Shown here in pieces: positions 8,556 to 13,347 of a DNA stretch of 13,347 bases (its first letter is position 1; each line of letters starts with the position of its first letter). A model generated the notes under the pieces. It was not told the DNA's origin. It searched no databases and saw only the letters and a list, made by a program, of their open reading frames with translations. The stretch lies in NCBI GenBank assembly GCA_963663235.2, contig CAXXNO010000013.1, positions 1 to 13,347 of the forward strand, given 5' to 3'. The translations under genes and the position numbers were made by a program. Source of the DNA: Dehalococcoidia bacterium. GTDB taxonomy: Bacteria > Chloroflexota > Dehalococcoidia > Bin125.

Positions 8556-9377
8556 TTAGAAGCCCTCGGGGTAGCTGCGGATGAGGATCGGCGTGGGGTC
8601 GGTCTGGATGCCGATCGACGGGATCGGGTAGCGGAGCCCGTTGGCAGAGAGTTTGGCCATGCCGTCGATCGCCTTGGGGAGGAAGCGCGGAGGCAGGGCC
8701 ATGAGGAGCTCGTCGTCCAGGACGCCGCCGAAACTGCGCTCGGCGTAGCAGGGGATAGAGACCGAGGGCTCGCCGGTGGTCAGAGCGCGGCCCCAAGAGT
8801 CGCCGCAGGCGGACTCGCCCACGCAAGTGAAGTCAAACTTGCGGTAGCCGGAGAACTGGAGGCCGTTGATGAGGATGATCATCTGGCCGGGCGTGGCGTA
8901 GATGAGGCAGACGTCGGGCGGGTCGAGGCGGCCGGAGGCGAGGGGTGAGACCGCCAGAGCCTGGTAGCGGCCGTAGGGGACGGTATCGAGAGCGGCTTGA
9001 TGAGCGGCGGCGTCGGTCTCGGAGTCGTACCAGACGCCGGCCATGGCCTTGCCGCTGAGCCACTTGCGGTCTTGGGGGTGGAGGCCGACGACAGCGCCGC
9101 ACTGGGCGGCGGCGAAGTCTTCCGCGGTGACGCCGATGGTGTGTCGCAGCCAACGGGCCTGGGCCACGACCTGGTCGAGGGTGAGCTTGACGTCGGGGCG
9201 GCGGACGCGCTCGACTTTTTCCATACCCTCCACGGTGGGGAAGAGCTTCATGCCGACGGGGGTGGCCTTGAGGCGGAGATAGCGCTCCAAACCGTCGACG
9301 AGGGCGGGCCAGTCGTAGGCGTCGGGCTCGGGCGGAGCAGTGGGCGTGGCATCGCGCGCATCGTGTTGCCGTGGCAT
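8556..9377 (-). CDS. DUF169 domain-containing protein (uncharacterised), 273 aa
   Basis: Family-typical pattern YLRLKATPVGMK, DQVVAQARW, PDVCLIYATPGQMIILINGL, ESACGDS, SIPCYAERSFGGVLDDEL, recognised by eye. SD AGGGAG lies 7 nt upstream of the ATG. Confidence 0.8.
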   Translation of the reverse strand: MPRQHDARDATPTAPPEPDAYDWPALVDGLERYLRLKATPVGMKLFPTVEGMEKVERVRRPDVKLTLDQVVAQARWLRHTIGVTAEDFAAAQCGAVVGLHPQDRKWLSGKAMAGVWYDSETDAAAHQAALDTVPYGRYQALAVSPLASGRLDPPDVCLIYATPGQMIILINGLQFSGYRKFDFTCVGESACGDSWGRALTTGEPSVSIPCYAERSFGGVLDDELLMALPPRFLPKAIDGMAKLSANGLRYPIPSIGIQTDPTPILIRSYPEGF

Positions 9378-9414
9378 GAGAGCGCTCCCTGGTGCGTGGC
9401 AAGTCGGGGAATCC

Positions 9415-9421
9415 TAGTATA
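9415..9421. promoter_or_regulatory. Putative bidirectional -10 element TAGTATA between DUF169 and the CoA-transferase
   Basis: TAGTAT on + (9415-9420) and TATACT on - (9421-9416), in the main AT-rich patch of the 84 bp divergent gap. Both genes have SD sequences downstream of it. Confidence 0.55.
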
Positions 9422-9461
9422 CGCAGCAACGAGGCCGAGACGGCCGGAGGAGGAGAGCGCC

Positions 9462-10670
9462 ATGCCGGCAGCAAACGGGGCCGCACTGTCCGGGATGCGG
9501 ATCCTGGACATGACGCAGTACGAGGCCGGCACGTCCTGCACCCAAATGCTGGCGTGGCTGGGGGCGGACGTCGTGAAGATCGAATCGCCCGGGAACGGCG
9601 ACCCGGGGCGGCGGGTTGGTGGCGGCGGAACCGACAACTCGCCGTACTTCCTCAACTACAACAGCAACAAGCGGAGCGTGGTGCTGGCGTTGAAGTCAGA
9701 GCAAGGGCGCGAGCTGCTGTTGCAGCTTGTCCCGAAGTTCGACGTGTTCGTGGAGAACTACGGGCCGGGGTCGATAGAGCGGCTGAACATCGGCTACGAC
9801 GTGATGCGGGCGATCAATCCGGGAATCATCTACGCGCGGCTCAAAGGTTTCGGGCTTACGGGACCAAACAGCGGCTACAACAGCTTCGACCAGATCGCAC
9901 AGGCGGCGGGAGGCGCATTCTCCGTGACCGGCTATCCCGACAGCCCCCCCGTGCTTCCGGGAGCGACGTTCGGGGACAGCGGGACGGGCATGCAACTGGC
10001 GCTAGCGATTACCGCCGCCTACGCGCAGCGGCAGCGCACAGGCCAAGGCCAGCAGGTGGAGATATCGATGCAGGAGGCGGTGACGAGCTTCATGCGCACG
10101 CAGGTGGCGTTCTTCGCCGAGTGGGGAGAGAAGGCAGCGCCGCGGGACGGGATCCGCGCCGGGTACTCTCCGGAACCGCTGCCGTGCAAGCCCGAAGGAC
10201 CGAACGACTACCTGTTCATCGTGCTGGTGACGGCGGAGATGTGGGAAGGGCTGTGCCGCGCGACCGAGCGGCCAGAGCTGCTGAACGACGAACGGTTCTC
10301 CACCGGACGGGCACGGCACCGGAATATGAAACAGCTGCACAGCGAGCTGTCCAAATGGACCCGTGAGCATACGAAGCACGAAGCGATGGAGGCGCTAGGC
10401 CGGGCTGGGGTACCGTGCAGCGCGATCCTGGACACGCGCGACCTCTTCCATGATCCCCACCTGCAGGAGCGCAACTTCATCCAGGAGGTGGAGCACCCGA
10501 CGGAAGGGCGCGTGCCGCTGATGCGGTCGCCGCTGCTGCTGTCGGAGTCGCAGGTCCCGATGGAGCCGGCGCCGCTGCACGGGCAGCACACCGACGAGGT
10601 GTTGCGGGAGGAGCTGGGGCTGGGCGAGGCGGAGCTGGCGTCGCTGCATGAGTCGGGGACGCTTGGCTAG
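9462..10670 (+). CDS. Family III (CaiB/BaiF, Frc-like) CoA-transferase, 402 aa
   Basis: ILDMTQYEAGTSCTQMLAWLGADVVKIE, NSNKRS, DVFVENYGPG, catalytic-Asp region FGDSGTG and C-terminal APLHGQHTDEVL. A strong SD (GGAGGAGG) precedes ATG 9462. Confidence 0.93.
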   Translation: MPAANGAALSGMRILDMTQYEAGTSCTQMLAWLGADVVKIESPGNGDPGRRVGGGGTDNSPYFLNYNSNKRSVVLALKSEQGRELLLQLVPKFDVFVENYGPGSIERLNIGYDVMRAINPGIIYARLKGFGLTGPNSGYNSFDQIAQAAGGAFSVTGYPDSPPVLPGATFGDSGTGMQLALAITAAYAQRQRTGQGQQVEISMQEAVTSFMRTQVAFFAEWGEKAAPRDGIRAGYSPEPLPCKPEGPNDYLFIVLVTAEMWEGLCRATERPELLNDERFSTGRARHRNMKQLHSELSKWTREHTKHEAMEALGRAGVPCSAILDTRDLFHDPHLQERNFIQEVEHPTEGRVPLMRSPLLLSESQVPMEPAPLHGQHTDEVLREELGLGEAELASLHESGTLG

Positions 10671-11214
10671 GAGCGGCCTAGCCCCGATCCTGCCTCGCTC
10701 TCTTCGCGCGCTGATCCTGGGATCATTCCCGAGTGAGGCGTCGCTGGCGGCGGGGCAGTACTATGCGCACCCGCAGAACTGGTTCTGGCGCGTGCTGGAA
10801 GCGTGCGGTGTGGCACCGAGCGCGACCGCGCCGTACCGGTCGCGGGTGCGGGCGGTCAAAGCCAACGGGATCGGCATCTGGGACCTGTACGGGGAAGTGG
10901 AGCGGAAGGGGAGCGGCGACGACCAGATCCGCAACGCCGTGCCCAACGACATCGCGGGGCTGTGGGAGGAGCGGGGGGCGTTCCTGGTGCTGCTGAACGG
11001 CCGACGGCGGGCGGAATGGCGGCGCTACTTCAAGGCGCTGCCGGTGGAGCCGATCGCGCTGCCGTCGACGAGCCCGCGGCCGCTGCACTGGAACACACCG
11101 TCGTCGCAAGCGGCGGCGATCGAGGAGTGGCGGGAGGCGCTGGAGAGGGCGGCGACGGCTCTTACTCCTCGGGGGAAGCGGGGGCGGGGTCGAGCGCGCG
11201 CAGAAGCGCGGTGA
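10648..11214 (+). CDS. DNA-deoxyinosine (hypoxanthine-DNA) glycosylase, UDG superfamily family 6, 188 aa
   Basis: LILGSFPSEASLAAGQYYAHPQNWFW (family 6 motif 1), GIGIWD, RKGSGDDQI, LLNG and LPSTSP (motif 2). It overlaps the CoA-transferase 3' end by 23 nt. Confidence 0.85.
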   Translation: MSRGRLARSGLAPILPRSLRALILGSFPSEASLAAGQYYAHPQNWFWRVLEACGVAPSATAPYRSRVRAVKANGIGIWDLYGEVERKGSGDDQIRNAVPNDIAGLWEERGAFLVLLNGRRRAEWRRYFKALPVEPIALPSTSPRPLHWNTPSSQAAAIEEWREALERAATALTPRGKRGRGRARAEAR

Positions 11215-12124
11215 GCAGCGCGAGGTAGGGCACATCGAGCCCGAGGGCGCGGGCGCGGCGGAGCGGCTCGCAGAGGATGGCGTCGACCTCCAGGGGGCGG
11301 CCCTCGGCGAAGTCGATCACGGTGCTGGAGCGGTAGGCGCCCACCGCGTCGGTGACGCGGAAGTAACGCTCGACGATGGCGGGGACATCGAGGCGGGCGG
11401 TCTCGCCGCGGGCGGCGAGGTCGGCGTTGCCGACGGCCAGCACCTCCTCCATGACGGCGCGGGCGGCGGCGCGGAGGCCGGGGTCGCCGACCAGGCGGTC
11501 GGTGGTGACGCCACCGGCGGCGACGCCGAGGCCGGCGAAGGGGATGTTCCAGCCGAGCTTGTCCCAGCGGGTCATCAGCAGAGATGCGGTGGTTTCGATG
11601 GGGACCTTTGCGCCGTCCCAGAGGGCCTTAGCGAGCGCCAGTTCGTCCGGGTCGTTGCGGAGGTGGCCGATGACGATGCGACCGAGGTCGAGGTGGTGGA
11701 TGTGGCCGGGGCCGGTGCGGTAGATGGCGGTGTAAGCCATGCCGCCGAAGATGCGGCCGGCGCCCAGGCGATCGGCGAAGCGCTCCTCGATGCCGAGGCC
11801 GTTCATCAGAGCGAGGACGCGGGTGTCGGGGGTGAGGCAGGGGGCGATGAGGCGGGGCGCGTCGTCGATGGCGGTGGCCTTGAGGGCGCAGATCACCCAG
11901 TCGACGGGGCCGATCTCCTCGGGGGTGCGGGCGATGGTGGGGCGGTCGAGGGTGAAGTCGCCGTCGGGGCTGGTGACGCGGAGGCCGCGGGCGCGGACGG
12001 CGTCGTAGTCGCGGCGGAGGAGGAAGCGGACGTCGCGGCCGGCCTGGGCGAGGCGGGCGCCGTAGTAGCCGCCGCCCCCTCCGGCGCCGATGACGGCGAC
12101 GGAGGGGGCGGCCGTGTCACTCAT
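11162..12124 (-). CDS. panE: 2-dehydropantoate 2-reductase (PanE/ApbA family), 320 aa
   Basis: Rossmann VIGAGGGGGYYG, ICALKAT, LMNGLG, catalytic-Lys region RWDKLGWNIPF, SSTVID and GRPLEVDAI. The ATG at 12124 is 5 nt downstream of the hydrolase stop. Confidence 0.85.
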   Translation of the reverse strand: MSDTAAPSVAVIGAGGGGGYYGARLAQAGRDVRFLLRRDYDAVRARGLRVTSPDGDFTLDRPTIARTPEEIGPVDWVICALKATAIDDAPRLIAPCLTPDTRVLALMNGLGIEERFADRLGAGRIFGGMAYTAIYRTGPGHIHHLDLGRIVIGHLRNDPDELALAKALWDGAKVPIETTASLLMTRWDKLGWNIPFAGLGVAAGGVTTDRLVGDPGLRAAARAVMEEVLAVGNADLAARGETARLDVPAIVERYFRVTDAVGAYRSSTVIDFAEGRPLEVDAILCEPLRRARALGLDVPYLALLTALLRALDPAPASPEE

Positions 12125-12129
12125 TCGCG

Positions 12130-12984
12130 CTAAGCCGCGTGCTGCTTGAGGAAGGCGCGGATGGTGGCGAGGGTGTCGGCCAGTTTGGCGGGGGCGCGGC
12201 AGTCGACGTCCAAGCAGCGGCCCTGGGGGACCAGCTCGCAGATGCGGTGGGAGATGCCGGTGGGGTGGAAGGGGTCGCTCCCGGGCAAGATGAGGACCGG
12301 AGCGGGGCAGGTGCGCAGCCACTCCGCCGTGACCGTGAAGAAGGGGTCGTTGCGGGGCCAGATGGCGTCGCGGAAGGCGGTGACCAGGGAGATGTAGGCG
12401 TCGTCGGACATGGCGCGGATCTCGTCGCGGAAGGCAGGGTCGTCGACGATGCGCTGGGCGAAGGGACCGGCGGCGTTGTTCTGCACGAAGAGGACGCCGG
12501 TCATGGCGGCATCGACGACGGCCTGCACGCCCGCCGAGCGGGCGGTCTCCAGGGTGGGGGCGAACATGGCATCGAAGACCTGAACGGAGTTGGAGTCGTC
12601 GACGCCGACGGGGTCCTGGCCCACGGCGGCGCTGATGCGATCGGGCGCGTCGTGGATGATGCGCAGGGCGTAGGCCACGCCGATGCAGCCGCCCATGACG
12701 TGGGCGCGCCGGACGCCGAGGTCATCGAGGACGGCGAGTTGGTCGCCCACGGTCAGGTCGTAGCTAAAGGGGACGGCGGGGGCGGGGCTGCGGCCCGCGT
12801 GGCGCTGGTCCATGCCGATGACCATGAAGTCGTCGGCGAACTCCTCGATGGGGTTGATGGCGCTGTTCTGCCAGAAGCCGATCTGGCTGTTGACGCCGCC
12901 GGGGGCAAAGAGAAGGAGCGGGTAGCCGCTGCCGAAGGTCTCGTAGTGGATGGTTGCGCCATCGGGACGGGTGATGTCAGGCAT
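12130..12984 (-). CDS. Alpha/beta hydrolase with Cys in the nucleophile elbow, 284 aa
   Basis: IHYETFGSGYPLLLFAPGG, MDQRHAGRS, AHVMGGCIG elbow and PVLILPGSDPFHP. SD GGAG lies upstream of ATG 12984. Confidence 0.88.
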   Translation of the reverse strand: MPDITRPDGATIHYETFGSGYPLLLFAPGGVNSQIGFWQNSAINPIEEFADDFMVIGMDQRHAGRSPAPAVPFSYDLTVGDQLAVLDDLGVRRAHVMGGCIGVAYALRIIHDAPDRISAAVGQDPVGVDDSNSVQVFDAMFAPTLETARSAGVQAVVDAAMTGVLFVQNNAAGPFAQRIVDDPAFRDEIRAMSDDAYISLVTAFRDAIWPRNDPFFTVTAEWLRTCPAPVLILPGSDPFHPTGISHRICELVPQGRCLDVDCRAPAKLADTLATIRAFLKQHAA

Positions 12985-13013
12985 GGGTTTTCGACTCCAG
13001 TACAGGCTTCGAC

Positions 13014-13042
13014 TCGTGGTTCGACAAGCTCACCACGAACGG
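13014..13042. repeat. REP-like palindromic element, copy 1
   Basis: Stem TCGTGGT/ACCACGA around the core TCGACAAGCTC, followed by ACGG. Confidence 0.8.
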
Positions 13043-13077
13043 GTTTGATGGCCGTCGGGGCGAGTGATGTCAGGCAT
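13030..13077 (-). other. Possible 15-aa upstream mini-ORF MPDITRPDGHQTRSW formed by the duplicated gene start
   Basis: It has its own SD (GGAG, 7 nt from the ATG at 13077) and a TGA stop at 13032-13030 inside REP copy 1. It is in frame with the hydrolase. Translation is not demonstrated. Confidence 0.35.
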
Positions 13078-13101
13078 GTGTCAACTCCCGGCTCGTGTGG
13101 T

Positions 13102-13179
13102 CCATTCGCGGCTCGACAGGCCCTTCGACAAGCGGTTCGACAAGCTCACCACAGGTCAGGACAAGCTCGCCGCGAACGG
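13102..13179. repeat. Composite, nested REP-like palindromic element (three cores)
   Basis: Outer arms CCATTCGCGGC/GCCGCGAACGG pair at 10/11 positions. They enclose CCCTTCGACAAGC...TCAGGACAAG, which in turn encloses GGTTCGACAAGCTCACCACAGG. Confidence 0.8.
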
Positions 13180-13189
13180 TCTGGCTTTC

Positions 13190-13347
13190 TCAGTGGACGC
13201 GGCGCTCGATGCCGGCCCAGAACTTGTCGCGGATCTCGAACTTCTTGAGCTTGCCGGTGGCGGTGCGGGGGAGGGCATCGACGAACTCGACGCGGGAAGG
13301 CGCCTTGAAGTGGGCCATCACACCGCGGCAGTGGGCGACGATCTCCT
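13190..13347 (-). CDS. Acyl-CoA synthetase / long-chain fatty acid-CoA ligase, C-terminal end only (absent from the ORF track)
   Basis: The minus strand from 13345 reads EIVAHCRGVMAHFKAPSRVEFVDALPRTATGKLKKFEIRDKFWAGIERRVH*. This contains the ANL-superfamily A10 motif LPRTxTGK. Confidence 0.9.
   Translation of the reverse strand, partial: EIVAHCRGVMAHFKAPSRVEFVDALPRTATGKLKKFEIRDKFWAGIERRVH

Larger units (their letters stand above)
12958..13088 (-). repeat. Diverged direct duplication of the hydrolase SD plus first 9 codons (period 93 nt)
   Basis: 12984-12958 ATGCCTGACATCACCCGTCCCGATGGC versus 13077-13051 ATGCCTGACATCACTCGCCCCGACGGC: 24/27 identical, both encode MPDITRPDG, and both are preceded by GGAGT(C/T)GA. 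Confidence 0.85.

Noticed and set aside
8997-9461. N-terminal extension on the CoA-transferase (557 aa ORF)
   Set aside because: It is antisense to DUF169. A strong SD and the family N-terminus start at 9462.
9462-10670. Naming the CoA-transferase frc
   Set aside because: The Frc-specific Gln and tetraglycine loop are not in their expected positions, and no oxalyl-CoA decarboxylase gene is in the window.
13030-13032. Selenocysteine or programmed read-through of the in-frame TGA upstream of the hydrolase
   Set aside because: The TGA lies within a REP hairpin rather than before a SECIS-like stem. The extension would be repeat-derived, and the hydrolase has its own SD and ATG.
12985-13189. CRISPR array suggested by recurring TTCGACAAGC
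   Set aside because: The repeats are short, nested and irregularly spaced, with no uniform spacers and no cas genes.

Overview
High-GC (about 70% by eye) bacterial chromosomal window, densely coding and G-rich on the + strand. The gene mix and leaderless -10 boxes suggest Chloroflexota/Dehalococcoidia or a similar lineage (inference only). Gene order: 5'-truncated DinB-family protein (+), pterin-4a-carbinolamine dehydratase (+), PLP Ser/Thr dehydratase-family enzyme (-), a decayed SRAP/YedK (HMCES-family) remnant in the 1848-2077 'intergenic' gap (-), ribokinase (-), cytochrome P450 (+) overlapping a full-length Lhr helicase (+), DUF169 protein (-), family III CoA-transferase (+), family 6 hypoxanthine-DNA glycosylase (+), PanE-like ketopantoate reductase (-), Cys-nucleophile alpha/beta hydrolase (-) and the 3' end of an acyl-CoA synthetase (-). 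There is no rRNA, tRNA, CRISPR or transposase. The most unusual signals are small-scale: (1) the internally deleted, frame-compensated SRAP remnant, (2) a three-level nested REP-like palindrome at 13102-13179, (3) a duplicated hydrolase gene start with only synonymous differences, in frame and stopped inside a REP hairpin, and (4) TANNNTA bidirectional -10 elements in both divergent gene pairs. The sequence alone does not support a single new multi-gene system. A loose DNA base-damage repair theme and a CoA-ester metabolism theme are noted as hypotheses.
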